Notes under the pieces: generated by a model
What the model was told of the DNA's origin: nothing
Seen by the model: the letters and a program-made list of their open reading frames with translations, nothing else
The model's database searches: none
Source: Spirochaetia bacterium
GTDB lineage: Bacteria > Spirochaetota > Spirochaetia > CADAEX01
NCBI GenBank assembly: GCA_963668545.1
Contig: OY764868.1
Location: forward strand, 3,234,015-3,298,014
Length of the DNA: 64,000 nucleotides
Direction: 5' to 3'
Translations under genes and position numbers: made by a program
Shown: positions 40,094-50,044 of the stretch, piece after piece
Layout of the letters: every line of letters starts with the position of its first letter
Numbering within the stretch: position 1 is the stretch's first letter

Positions 40094-40984
40094 ATGAAGC
40101 AGAAATACAGAGCGGAAATATACCTTGCAGCTGCAACACTTATATGGGGAGCAACCTTTGTTATAATAAAGGAGGGGCTTAAAAGCTCATCCCCTGTTCT
40201 GTTTATCGGGATACGTTTCACAGCAGCATTTCTGATTATGCTTCTCTTCAACCTGAAATCATTCAGGAATGCATCAAAAGCAATGTGGAAGCATGCCTGT
40301 GTGCTGGGCCTTTTAAACTATGTGGCATATGCTGCCCAGACAATAGGGCTTGAATATACCACAGTTGCAAAATCAAGCCTTGTCACATACCTGTTTTCCG
40401 TCCTGACCCCCCCGCTCCAGTACCTTATTACAGGTAAAAAACCGACTGCGGGAAATATAACAGGCCTGCTTATAGTATTTGCAGGGATGATGATAATTAC
40501 GTCCCCTAAAGCTGAAGGGATAAACATTGGTGACATACTTACCCTTGCAAGCGCATTTTCCTATGCCTTCTATATAGTGTATATTGACGTCTATTCATCT
40601 GCCGGAGAGGCCGGCTTCCTGGTAACTGTACAGTTTCTTGTAACAGGGATGCTTGGGCTCGCTACAGCCCCTTTTGCGGAAGACATGTTTATCATTATTG
40701 ACTCAAACCTTGTTCTTTCAATTGCATATCTTTCAGTCCTTGGAAGCTGTGTTGCAATATACCTTATCAACAGGTTTCAGAAATATACTACCCCGACAAA
40801 GGCAGTTATTATTTACTCGCTTGAGCCCCTGTTCTCAGTCCTTCTTGGAATTATTATTCTGAACGAATCAAAGTCTGCAGCCAAATTTGCAGGAATGGGA
40901 CTGATAATCGGAGGTATTCTTGTATCTGAACTATGGGAAAAGGCAAAGGAGAGGAAAACAGCTGAGAGAAACTGCCATTCCTGA
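40094..40984 (+). CDS. DMT-superfamily (EamA) transporter
   Basis: 10 TM and two EamA repeats. Confidence 0.8.
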   Translation: MKQKYRAEIYLAAATLIWGATFVIIKEGLKSSSPVLFIGIRFTAAFLIMLLFNLKSFRNASKAMWKHACVLGLLNYVAYAAQTIGLEYTTVAKSSLVTYLFSVLTPPLQYLITGKKPTAGNITGLLIVFAGMMIITSPKAEGINIGDILTLASAFSYAFYIVYIDVYSSAGEAGFLVTVQFLVTGMLGLATAPFAEDMFIIIDSNLVLSIAYLSVLGSCVAIYLINRFQKYTTPTKAVIIYSLEPLFSVLLGIIILNESKSAAKFAGMGLIIGGILVSELWEKAKERKTAERNCHS

Positions 40985-40988
40985 AAGC

Positions 40989-41861
40989 CTACTTTCTTTT
41001 ATGGGTTTTGTTGCTGTACATTGCCGAATCAGCCTTTTTAAGTACTTCGTCAAGTGAAACAGGTTCCGTGACAGGGACATAGCCGCATGTGAAATCAAGC
41101 ATATATTCCTGAAGCTCATCCCTTACAGTTGAATTGAGCCGTTCGATAATATTACCTGCAATTTCAAGCTCAAGAGTATCAATTACAAGGACGAATTCAT
41201 CCCCTCCTATCCTGAAAAACTGGTCTGAAGCCCTCTTTAACCGTGTTACTATTTCCGCAAAATCCTTCAGAACAACATCCCCGGTCTCATGGCCGTTCCT
41301 GTCATTTATCTCCTTGAAACCGTCAAGGTCGATATAACAGAATGTCACAGGGTCGATTATCTCCTTATCTCCGTAAATCTGGAACAGCGCCCTCCTGTTG
41401 TACACCCCGGTAAGTGGGTCCATCAGGGAAGTCTGCTTAAGGCAGTTGAGGCTGTTTTCCTTGCGGGTGAGCATCCTGATAAAACCGAAGCATATAATAA
41501 GCACTGAAGCAAGTACAAGGTAATCGGAAACCATATCCTCCACCCTGTCAATAAATCCGTTCTCATTGAAAAAAACAAGCTCTTCAGCACCGTCCCAGAA
41601 ATAGGCCAATGAAAGAAGAAAAAGTCCTGCCGAAGCAAGATAGAAACGGAAATCCCTGGCAAGTATATATGCAGTAAAAAAAACAACATATGATATAATT
41701 ACAGATGTATAAATCTCGACAATATCCCTTGTTATTCCAAGGCTCTCCAGCAGGTAAATTACCAGAACCGAAAGTACCAGACCGGTACAGAAGGAGAGGT
41801 ATTTTCTGCTTTTCAGTGAAAAACGGTAATTCATATTTCTCAGAGAATCCCTGTCTGCCAT
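40989..41861 (-). CDS. membrane-anchored diguanylate cyclase (GGDEF)
   Basis: N-terminal TM region and a C-terminal GGDEF domain with an intact RIGGDEF motif. Confidence 0.8.
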   Translation of the reverse strand: MADRDSLRNMNYRFSLKSRKYLSFCTGLVLSVLVIYLLESLGITRDIVEIYTSVIISYVVFFTAYILARDFRFYLASAGLFLLSLAYFWDGAEELVFFNENGFIDRVEDMVSDYLVLASVLIICFGFIRMLTRKENSLNCLKQTSLMDPLTGVYNRRALFQIYGDKEIIDPVTFCYIDLDGFKEINDRNGHETGDVVLKDFAEIVTRLKRASDQFFRIGGDEFVLVIDTLELEIAGNIIERLNSTVRDELQEYMLDFTCGYVPVTEPVSLDEVLKKADSAMYSNKTHKRK

Positions 41862-41908
41862 AACTTATAATAACACAGGTCCTCTCATAAATACATTCTA
41901 TTTTCGGT

Positions 41909-44011
41909 TTGAATATTCTTGTCAATTGCCAGTATTCTGCTAAAATTAGGATCATCATGCTTAAAAATACCTACAGTAAAAGAACCTTCCGGGCTGCCTC
42001 TTTCCTGACTGCATCTATTGCTGTTTCAGGACTGATCTACCTGTTTTCACCTTTTATAGCTGGCAGTGAAGCTGCACTTAAATTCAGGATAGAAGATATC
42101 TCAGATATACTCTTTGCAGCAGCTGTCATCCTTCACCTTCTATGGATTCCGGCAATTCTTTTTTCCAGGAAAAAAATGAACAATGCGGCAGTTAAGTCAG
42201 CTGATTTTTTTATTTCAACAACACTCATGTTTTTTCTGTTCAACTATCTTTTTGCCGCGAATGCAGGTCTTGAATATGTCCAGAGATTTGCTGAAACCTC
42301 AGATGTCCTGAGCTTTGCCCCTGATACTTCAACGGAAAGACTCCTTACAGCACTTCTCTTTCTTCCCCTTCTGGCAGCAGATATATTTGCAGCTGTAAAA
42401 TTCGGAAAGAAAAAGATTTTTTCCCCTGATAACATGAATCTTCCCCTCACCCTGCTCTCGTCTCTCCTCTATGCTTTCTCATTTCCCTCTTTTCTGAATA
42501 TTGATGGCTGGGGATTTCTCATATTCATATCTTTCATTCCTCTCCTTACTGTGCTGAAAAACACTTCAGTCAGGAGGGGAATATTCTACGGAATAGTCTT
42601 CGGTATATTTCAGACAATGATAATAAATTACTGGCTTGCCACATTCAGCCTGGTATCACTCCAGTTTGTTACAGTCCTCTACACACTGCTTTTCACCTTT
42701 TTCATGTCTTTTGCAGTTTTCATCTATAAAAAATCAAGGGCAGGCTGGCTCCTCTTTCCTTTCGCCTGGATTGTTTTTGAATGGGCAAGATCATCAGGGT
42801 TCTCTGCATACCCGTGGTGCCTGACAGGATCTGCACTCTATAAATATCTTCCCTTTATCCAGATAGCCTCGGTTACAGGCATATGGGGAATATCATTCAC
42901 TGCTGTACTTATCAATACAGCCCTGACAGAAGCTCTCTACCCTGTAATCCGCCGCAGGAGAAAAAGGTCTGCAGCCCTTTATCCCCTCATCACTGCAGCT
43001 GTCATTACAGCAGCAGTAACACTGTTCGGAATATCTGAAATCAGCAGGGACAGAAAGATTGCAGCTGATAAAACCATCTCACTCTCTCTTATACAGCAGA
43101 ATTCAGACCCGAGAAAAACAAGCTATGAGGAAAGCTTTGAGGTCCTTAAAAAACTTACCGATGCAGCAAGAAGGGAAAAGGAAACCGATCTTGTAGTATG
43201 GTCGGAAACTGCCTATGTTCCCAACATCAGAAGATGGGGATCGATGGAGAGGGACTACAACGCTCTTACAAGGCTAACCCACAGCTTCCTTGACTACCAG
43301 AGGGAAGGGGGATTTTTTCTCCTAACCGGCAACGATGACTATGAAATCATCACAGATGAAAACGGGGATGTTTCCCGCAATGAGTATAATGCTTCTGTTT
43401 ATTTTTCAGACAGGGGAGAAAGGCTTGATACATACAGAAAAATAAAACTGGTACCTTTTACAGAATATTTCCCGTTCAGAAAACAGCTTCCATGGATGTA
43501 TGAAATACTTATGAAAATGGATGTCAATCTCTGGGAACCCGGGATAACAAGGACTGTTTTCAGACATCCGGAATTTTCATTTTCCACTCCCATATGCTTT
43601 GAAGACCTTTTCCCCGACTATGTAAGGGGCTTTGTCACCGGCGGGGCTGACATGATTATCAATATTTCAAACGACTACTGGTCCCTCACGGAAACAGAGG
43701 GGATGCAGCATTTCATAAACAGCCTTTTCAGGGCTGTGGAAAACAGACGGTATGTGGTAAGAAGCACGGCCTCAGGTCTGACCGGAGTAATAGACAGAAC
43801 GGGAAAGATTCAAAAGACTGTACCTTTTTATGAGCAGCATTACCTTAACGCGGAAATACCTGTCAGCATAAAAGTCAGCCGCAGCCTCACTTTCTACACC
43901 AGGCACGGCGACTGGTTCCCCTTCATTTCGCTGATTGTGTTTGCTTCATCTTTCCTGCTTATATCTGCCGGGAAAGCAGTAAAAAAACTGCACAGAAGAG
44001 GGGGGAGATAA
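41909..44011 (+). CDS. lnt: apolipoprotein N-acyltransferase Lnt with extended N-terminal membrane region
   Basis: C-terminal nitrilase/CN-hydrolase domain (E...K...C catalytic region) and polytopic N-terminus. At 700 aa (or 684 from M at 41957) it is longer than typical Lnt. Confidence 0.7.
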   Translation: MNILVNCQYSAKIRIIMLKNTYSKRTFRAASFLTASIAVSGLIYLFSPFIAGSEAALKFRIEDISDILFAAAVILHLLWIPAILFSRKKMNNAAVKSADFFISTTLMFFLFNYLFAANAGLEYVQRFAETSDVLSFAPDTSTERLLTALLFLPLLAADIFAAVKFGKKKIFSPDNMNLPLTLLSSLLYAFSFPSFLNIDGWGFLIFISFIPLLTVLKNTSVRRGIFYGIVFGIFQTMIINYWLATFSLVSLQFVTVLYTLLFTFFMSFAVFIYKKSRAGWLLFPFAWIVFEWARSSGFSAYPWCLTGSALYKYLPFIQIASVTGIWGISFTAVLINTALTEALYPVIRRRRKRSAALYPLITAAVITAAVTLFGISEISRDRKIAADKTISLSLIQQNSDPRKTSYEESFEVLKKLTDAARREKETDLVVWSETAYVPNIRRWGSMERDYNALTRLTHSFLDYQREGGFFLLTGNDDYEIITDENGDVSRNEYNASVYFSDRGERLDTYRKIKLVPFTEYFPFRKQLPWMYEILMKMDVNLWEPGITRTVFRHPEFSFSTPICFEDLFPDYVRGFVTGGADMIINISNDYWSLTETEGMQHFINSLFRAVENRRYVVRSTASGLTGVIDRTGKIQKTVPFYEQHYLNAEIPVSIKVSRSLTFYTRHGDWFPFISLIVFASSFLLISAGKAVKKLHRRGGR

Positions 44012-44451
44012 TGGACCATATTGAGATCCGTAAAATGAGAATAGAGGACTATGATGATGCCTTGAGGCTCTGGAAAGAGACAGAGGGGATGGGACTCAGG
44101 TCTCTTGATGATTCAAGGGAGGGAATATCAAAGTTTCTTGCAAGAAATCCTGATACATGTTTCATCTGCAGGGAAAAAGGTGAAGTGGCAGGAATAATAC
44201 TCTGCGGAAATGACGGTAGGCGGGGATATATATACCATACTGCAGTGAGCAGAAACAGCAGGAGAAAGGGGATAGGGACAAGGCTTGTTGATGCTGCTCT
44301 TGAGGGGCTTGACAGGGAAGGGATAAAAAAAGCAGCCCTTGTCGTGTTTGCAGATAATCAGGATGGGAACATGTTCTGGGAGAAATCAGGGTTTGCCAGA
44401 AGGGACGATCTTGTCTACAGGAACAGAAGTATTGATGAAAACAATGTCTAG
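44011..44451 (+). CDS. GNAT family N-acetyltransferase
   Basis: RRKGIGTRL acetyl-CoA binding motif. Confidence 0.8.
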   Translation: MDHIEIRKMRIEDYDDALRLWKETEGMGLRSLDDSREGISKFLARNPDTCFICREKGEVAGIILCGNDGRRGYIYHTAVSRNSRRKGIGTRLVDAALEGLDREGIKKAALVVFADNQDGNMFWEKSGFARRDDLVYRNRSIDENNV

Positions 44452-44463
44452 CAGCAGGGGAAA

Positions 44464-45375
44464 ATGAACAGCTTCTGCAGTATCAGGGCAAAACAGGCAC
44501 TCTACCATCACGGAAGGAAAAACCTCCCCTACTCAACAGATCTCAATCCCTATACAGGATGCAGCCACAGCTGTATCTACTGTTATGCACATGCCAGAAA
44601 GGTCCTCAGGGAAGGAAACAGCAGATGCAGGATAGAGTTCAAGGAGAATATTGCGGAAATTCTGGAAAGGGAACTGATGTCAAAGGACTTCAGCAGCAGG
44701 ATAATAAATATTGGAGGCTCTACAGACGCATACCAGGAATCTGAAAAGGAAACTGCTGTTATGAGAGATATACTCAGGCTTATGATAAAATACAGAGTCC
44801 CTGTAATAATAAGTACGAAATCAGACCTGATTACAAGGGACCTTGACCTCATAAAAGAGCTTTCCGGAAAAACCTATGTGAATATTGCATTTTCCCTCTC
44901 CACAATGGACAGGGAAGCTTCTTCCCTGTTTGAACCCGGCGCTTCTTCCCCTGAAAAAAGGATAAATGCTCTGAAAATATTTTCTGAAGCAGGGATCAAT
45001 TCGGCGCTCCACTTCTTTCCTGTAATCCCGCGTATTTCAGATACTGAAGAAATGATTCATCAGGTTGCTTCAGAAGCAGCTTCATCACTCTGCAGCTATA
45101 TTATGAGCGGTTTTCTCTACCTTACCGGCAATATCGGGGACCTCCTCTTCAGACAGCTTGAAATAAGAGCTCCTGAACTTAAAACAGTGATTGGAAATGC
45201 ATACCATAACGGAAGGGTCAGGGCTGATATTAAAAAGGATTTCTATTCAGTTATGAACAGATATTTATATAAATACAGCCTTGAGACTGATTTCAGAAAA
45301 TTCATTCCTGAAAGACTCATGAAAGAAAGATCAGCAAACACAATTAATCCGGCACAGCCGGAGCTCCCTTTTTGA
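44464..45375 (+). CDS. radical SAM protein, SplB-like (DNA repair photolyase family COG1533)
   Basis: CSHSCIYC (Cx3Cx2C) near the N-terminus; 303 aa. Confidence 0.6.
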   Translation: MNSFCSIRAKQALYHHGRKNLPYSTDLNPYTGCSHSCIYCYAHARKVLREGNSRCRIEFKENIAEILERELMSKDFSSRIINIGGSTDAYQESEKETAVMRDILRLMIKYRVPVIISTKSDLITRDLDLIKELSGKTYVNIAFSLSTMDREASSLFEPGASSPEKRINALKIFSEAGINSALHFFPVIPRISDTEEMIHQVASEAASSLCSYIMSGFLYLTGNIGDLLFRQLEIRAPELKTVIGNAYHNGRVRADIKKDFYSVMNRYLYKYSLETDFRKFIPERLMKERSANTINPAQPELPF

Positions 45376-45499
45376 TCATACTCTGAATGAGGGCCCTTCC
45401 TCCACTTGATAAATTATTGATATATATTTAATTTATCTATGCAGACAGCCGGACCTTTAATCAACAGGTCCTGAATACAGAAATCATCAGGGATTATTT

Positions 45500-46021
45500 A
45501 TGGAACAGAAACTTTACTTTACCTATAACGACATACACAGGACAATAAAAAAACTCTCAGTAGAAATATCAGAATCCGAATTCAAACCGGACCTCATGGT
45601 TGCAATAGGAACTGGAGGATTTATCCCTGCTAGGATAATGAAAACATTCCTCCACCTTCCCATCCTTACAGTGGGGGTCAAGTATTATGACAGCAACAAC
45701 AAGATCCAGAGCGAACCTGAAAAGATACAGTGGATTGATGAAGTTGAGAAAAGGCTGAAAGGGAAAAAGATACTTCTTGTTGACGAAGTTGATGATTCAA
45801 GGGCCACACTTGAATACTGCCTCAGGGAACTGCTGAAGCACGAACCGGAAGAAATTGCAGTTGCAGTTCTTCACAAAAAGGACAAAACCAAGGCCGGCGT
45901 TATCCCTGAGGAAATTACAAAGTACTATACAGGGGAAACAATTCCCGACTACTGGTGCTGCTACCCCTGGGACGCGGATGATATTGAAGAGCATGACAGG
46001 CAGAGCAGGGAAGAAGAATAA
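45500..46021 (+). CDS. phosphoribosyltransferase (purine PRTase-like)
   Basis: PRPP-binding motif ILLVDEVDDSRATL. Confidence 0.65.
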   Translation: MEQKLYFTYNDIHRTIKKLSVEISESEFKPDLMVAIGTGGFIPARIMKTFLHLPILTVGVKYYDSNNKIQSEPEKIQWIDEVEKRLKGKKILLVDEVDDSRATLEYCLRELLKHEPEEIAVAVLHKKDKTKAGVIPEEITKYYTGETIPDYWCCYPWDADDIEEHDRQSREEE

Positions 46022-46078
46022 ATTAAGTCAAACTGATGCTGAAAAACATGCTATGATTATGTTATCAGGGGGATATAC

Positions 46079-46399
46079 ATGACAGATATAAATCTCAGTT
46101 CAATTGAAGAAAGGGAAGTTGTAAAAGGGTTCAGGGGAAGATTTATACACTCGGAAAACATGACACATGCCTACTGGAACATTGACGGGGGAGCTTCCCT
46201 CCCTGAGCATGCGCATGTCCATGAACAGGTTGTAAACATTCTTGAGGGGAAATTCGAATTGACTGTCGGGGGCGAAAAAAAGATTATAGAGCCGGGCGAC
46301 ATAGTTGTAATACCTTCAAATATTCCCCATACAGGAAGGGCGATAACAGACTGCAGGATACTTGATGTGTTCTCGCCGGTAAGAGAGGATATGAAATAA
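46079..46399 (+). CDS. cupin domain protein
   Basis: Two-His cupin motifs (HAHVHEQ, PHTGR). Confidence 0.7.
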   Translation: MTDINLSSIEEREVVKGFRGRFIHSENMTHAYWNIDGGASLPEHAHVHEQVVNILEGKFELTVGGEKKIIEPGDIVVIPSNIPHTGRAITDCRILDVFSPVREDMK

Positions 46400-46477
46400 G
46401 GGTCCCCTCTTTTTTTCCAGCTTATCATGTAATACAGAAAACGTCCCATGTTCCTGCTTATCGTGAAATTCGTATCA

Positions 46478-47278
46478 TTATAAAGGGCTCTTAATCCTTT
46501 TAGATATCGGATCTGCAAGATTAATATAGATCATTGTAGTTTTAACAGATTTATGTCCAAGCAGCTCTTTTACAGTCTTAATATCAATACCTGATTCAAC
46601 AAGATGAGTTGCAAAGCAGTGCCTCAGGGTATGACATGTGGGGCTTTTCTGTATTTGGCTTTTGTTAAGAGCATTTTCGAATATCTTCTGAACAGTCCTC
46701 ACAGAATATTTTTTTCCGCTGATTGTCCTGAACAGGAATTCAGCCGCACTTCGCCCGCTTATAAGATTCCGGAGGTCCTCTTTATATTTTTCGGACAGCA
46801 GAGAAAACCGGTCCTTATTACCCTTTGAATCTCTTATCTTTACTGAAAGATTATTTAAATTTACATCCCTTATCTTTATCCTGCAAACCTCGCTAACACG
46901 CAGGCCGCTGCCGTAAAGAAGGGAGATCATAAGCTGATGTTTTTTATTGCTTATATTTTTCAGAATTTCAAGGATCTCTTCCCTTGTCAGAATATCAGGA
47001 AGCCTTTTTCTTGACCTTACCCTGTCAAGTTTATAAGGGCACGGCTTATCAAGAACAACAGAATAAAACAGCTTTACGGCAGACCACGCAAGCCGTCTCT
47101 GTTCGGGAGATTTTTCTTCAGTTTCAAGAAAGACCGCAATTCTTTTTTCAGGCACAAAATCTGTCCGCCTAGAGAATTCAATAAAATGCTTTAAATGACC
47201 TGAATAAATCCGTATTGTATTTCGGGAATAATTACGGTTTTTCATCTCTCTGACAAAATCATCAAGATAATTTTTCAT
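46478..47278 (-). CDS. tyrosine site-specific recombinase, putative integron-associated integrase (compact, Xer-like; apparently lacks IntI-specific insertion)
   Basis: Catalytic R127 (GLRVSE), K152/155 (SKGNKDR), H216-x-x-R219 (HTLRHCFATHL), H242 and Y251 (LGHKSVKTTMIY). Divergent from the plus-strand cassette array. Confidence 0.8.
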   Translation of the reverse strand: MKNYLDDFVREMKNRNYSRNTIRIYSGHLKHFIEFSRRTDFVPEKRIAVFLETEEKSPEQRRLAWSAVKLFYSVVLDKPCPYKLDRVRSRKRLPDILTREEILEILKNISNKKHQLMISLLYGSGLRVSEVCRIKIRDVNLNNLSVKIRDSKGNKDRFSLLSEKYKEDLRNLISGRSAAEFLFRTISGKKYSVRTVQKIFENALNKSQIQKSPTCHTLRHCFATHLVESGIDIKTVKELLGHKSVKTTMIYINLADPISKRIKSPL

Positions 47279-47604
47279 AAATCACGTCCTCCTTTATGTA
47301 TTAACAGGAGAAATGCAATTCTGCTTGAATTATCAGCAAACAAACCGTAAAATTATCATGCAATACAGATAAATGTAGTTCATCTGAAATAACTCGGGGC
47401 TAAGAAAATTTAATATAACTGGCTCCAGCGGTAGATCAGCAAAGAAGCGGTGTAGCTTATGGGATATTGTCATGGCACATGATTAACGACAAGAACCGCC
47501 CCGAGTTACATCAGATAACAAGAAATATATGCGGCATTTCATTTGGGCTTCGCCACAATGGCTTCGTCCCTCAGCCATCGTCATATATTTCTAAAACGTT
47601 ATGT
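47279..47604 (+). other. attI-like region with degenerate attC-like structure ending in GTTAT core (47598-47602)
   Basis: 11-bp inverted repeat TAACTCGGGGC (47388-47398) / GCCCCGAGTTA (47497-47507), then cagATAAC-AAGAAATATATG...CATATATTTCT-aaaacGTTAT homologous to downstream attC sites. Confidence 0.5.
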
Positions 47605-47682
47605 TCAATGCCCATTTTTTTTACATTTTTTGAACTCGCCCGTCCATGGGCTCGTAAGAGGAAATAATTAAGGTAAATATAA

Positions 47683-49404
47683 GTGTCGAAGAAACTAACA
47701 ATTGAGGAAATGCAAAATATTGCTAAAAGTCGTGGTGGCAAATGCATCTCAAAGAAATATATAAATAAAAATAGTAAATTGGAATGGGAATGCTCTGAAG
47801 GCCATAGATGGTTAGCAACTCCAGATTCAATTAAAAATACTGGTCGATGGTGCCCTATATGCGGAGGTTCTGCACCATTAACGTTAAAAGAAATACAATT
47901 AATTGCTAAAGAAAGAGGTGGGAAATGTCTTTCCGAAGAGTATATCAATGTCAAAACAACAATGAGATGGGAATGTTCAGAAGGTCACCACTGGGAGAAC
48001 ACTGCCGGAAAAATTAGACAAGGTCAATGGTGCCCTTATTGTGCCGGAAAGGCAAAATTGGATATTCAGGACTTGAAAAGATTAGCAGAAGAAAAAGGCG
48101 GTAAATGTCTTTCTGAAAAATATAAGAACAATAGTTCAAAATTGTTATGGCAATGTTCAGAAGGGCATGAATGGAAATCCAGTGCAAATAATATTAAAAA
48201 TGGTGCGTGGTGTCCCTTTTGTGCTAATCGTGCAAGAATTACAATTGAGTCTCTATCAGATATTGCCAATAAAAGAGGTGGAGAACTTTTATCAACAGAT
48301 ATCGGAAATAACAAAACAAAATTGCAGTGGCGGTGCAAATACGGTCACACATGGAAAGCCACACCAAATGCCATTAGTAGAGGTACATGGTGCCCAAAGT
48401 GCTCAGAGGGTTTAGGAGAAAGAGTTTGTAGGTATTTCTTTGAAACACTTTTTGCAAAGAAGTTTAATAAAGCTCATCCTGATTGGTTGGTTTCAGAAAG
48501 AGGAGCGTTGCTTGAATTGGATGGATACAATGAAAGATTAAAAATTGCGTTTGAACACCAAGGCGTCCAGCATTACAAATTTTTAAAAGTTTTCCATTCA
48601 TCTAATGAGGACTTTATTGATCAGCAGAACAGGGATGAGCTTAAAAAAGAAGTTTGTAAAAAAAGAGGCATACACTTAATTGAGGTTCCAGAGATTCCAG
48701 CATTATTACCGTTGGATAAAGTCAAAGACTTTATTATTGAAAAATTGCAGGATTTACAGATTCCATTCAAATATGAAAAAGCAATATCAATTGATTTGAA
48801 TATAGCATATTCATCAAGTAAAACCGAAGAATTCTATATTCGTCTCCAGAAAGCTGTTGAAGAAAAAGGAGGAATATTAATTTCCAACCGATATCTCGGA
48901 ACTTCGACTAAACTTAAGTTCAAATGTAAAGAAGGGCATATCTGGAAGACATCTCCTAATATGATTTTTAATGGACAATGGTGTCCAGAATGTGCTGGAA
49001 ATATTAAATATACCTTAGAACAAGTTCAGGATTTTGCAAAAGAGCGAGGAGGGAAATGTCTATCGACAGAATACAATAGAGCAAATGAAAAGCTTAAATG
49101 GAAATGTAATTTTGGACATACTTGGGAAGCATCACTAAGTAATGTTATAACTGCAAATCATTGGTGTCCTGTATGTCGCAAGATTGAAGAAGAGACAAGA
49201 TTTTATAATGAAGCGGTTGATTTAGCAAAGAAAAATCAAGGAACTTGCATTTCAAGAAAATATATAAATGCAAAAACAAAGCTCAAGTGGCGTTGTTCCA
49301 GTGGACATGAATGGGAAGCGCTACTCGGTAATATTCGACAAGGAACATGGTGTCCTTATTGTGCCAAGAAGCGGAGAAATAGTAATACAGATAATTTATC
49401 GTAA
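47683..49404 (+). CDS. cassette 1: protein with seven ~45-aa treble-clef zinc-ribbon repeats (DUF4379-like, W-C-x-GH-W...W-CP-x-C) flanking a central DUF559/PD-(D/E)xK-like nuclease-fold domain
   Basis: Repeats KCxSxxY...KLxWxCxxGHxWxxxxxxIxxGxWCPxC occur 4 times N-terminally and 3 times C-terminally. The central LELDGYNERLKIAFEHQGVQHY resembles the restriction-endonuclease-like DUF559 core. Confidence 0.6.
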   Translation: MSKKLTIEEMQNIAKSRGGKCISKKYINKNSKLEWECSEGHRWLATPDSIKNTGRWCPICGGSAPLTLKEIQLIAKERGGKCLSEEYINVKTTMRWECSEGHHWENTAGKIRQGQWCPYCAGKAKLDIQDLKRLAEEKGGKCLSEKYKNNSSKLLWQCSEGHEWKSSANNIKNGAWCPFCANRARITIESLSDIANKRGGELLSTDIGNNKTKLQWRCKYGHTWKATPNAISRGTWCPKCSEGLGERVCRYFFETLFAKKFNKAHPDWLVSERGALLELDGYNERLKIAFEHQGVQHYKFLKVFHSSNEDFIDQQNRDELKKEVCKKRGIHLIEVPEIPALLPLDKVKDFIIEKLQDLQIPFKYEKAISIDLNIAYSSSKTEEFYIRLQKAVEEKGGILISNRYLGTSTKLKFKCKEGHIWKTSPNMIFNGQWCPECAGNIKYTLEQVQDFAKERGGKCLSTEYNRANEKLKWKCNFGHTWEASLSNVITANHWCPVCRKIEEETRFYNEAVDLAKKNQGTCISRKYINAKTKLKWRCSSGHEWEALLGNIRQGTWCPYCAKKRRNSNTDNLS

Positions 49405-49410
49405 TACTGT

Positions 49411-49438
49411 CCAAAAGTACCGTCCGTGGTACTTTTGG
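49411..49438 (+). terminator. hairpin immediately after cassette-1 ORF
   Basis: CCAAAAGTACCgtccgtGGTACTTTTGG; occupies the same position as the CCAGACC hairpins preceding other attC sites. Confidence 0.4.
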
Positions 49439-49471
49439 AATCTTTACTACACCAAAAAAAATGGGCACTAA

Positions 49472-49616
49472 ACATAACAGCGAATATGCGGTTACGCTTC
49501 GCTTCACCCAAATTGCTTCTTTGATAAAAGCTGAAAAAAGTATGTTATACTTTTCCCAGCTTTTATCAAGCCCACAAGGGGCCGAAGCAACTTCGCATAT
49601 TCGCGAGACGTTATCG
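49472..49616 (+). repeat. attC site of cassette 1
   Basis: ATAAC-agcgaatatgcg ... cgcatattcgcgag-acGTTATCG inverted arms; GTT at 49610-49612. Confidence 0.6.
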
Positions 49617-50044
49617 TAAATGGCTCTGACATACAACTTCATTCATTATTTACTAAAATCTGTCTCAGCCTTTTTTCAGGGTTTTATATCTCTTTCACAG
49701 GTTTCAACTGCACTGGTTCATTCTTGTTTTTAGAACTTCTTGCTTTGCTTTATCATGACTCTTATTGGTTTAAGTTTTTATATTTTTGCAGTTTCACTTT
49801 TCTTCAGTTCTGATATTGATAAGCACTAAGGGCTGAGTCAGATTTTGTCCTGACCTACACTCTTTCGTTTCCTTCACGCCACATCCGAAAACAGCGTATA
49901 TCCGGCTCCGGCTTGTGGGATGTATTTTCAGGGTAAAACGTCCTTCGCCAAAAATGCCAGGACTTTTTGTGTTGCAGAGTAAATGCAGCAGGTGTATCAT
50001 TAATCAAAATAAAGCGGCTGGCATCTTCGGATATACGCGTGCCG
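49611..50044 (+). repeat. ORF-less repeated cassette, copy a (434 nt, includes its own ~165-nt attC 49885-50050)
   Basis: Runs from the TT after the previous GTT core to its own GTT core. Divergent copy (about 90% identical to copies b-f). Confidence 0.6.

Noticed and set aside
47467-47954. ORFs of 66 aa (+) and 127 aa (-) in the attI region / start of cassette 1
   Set aside because: They lie within the attI-like palindromic region or antisense to the well-supported zinc-ribbon gene. No support.
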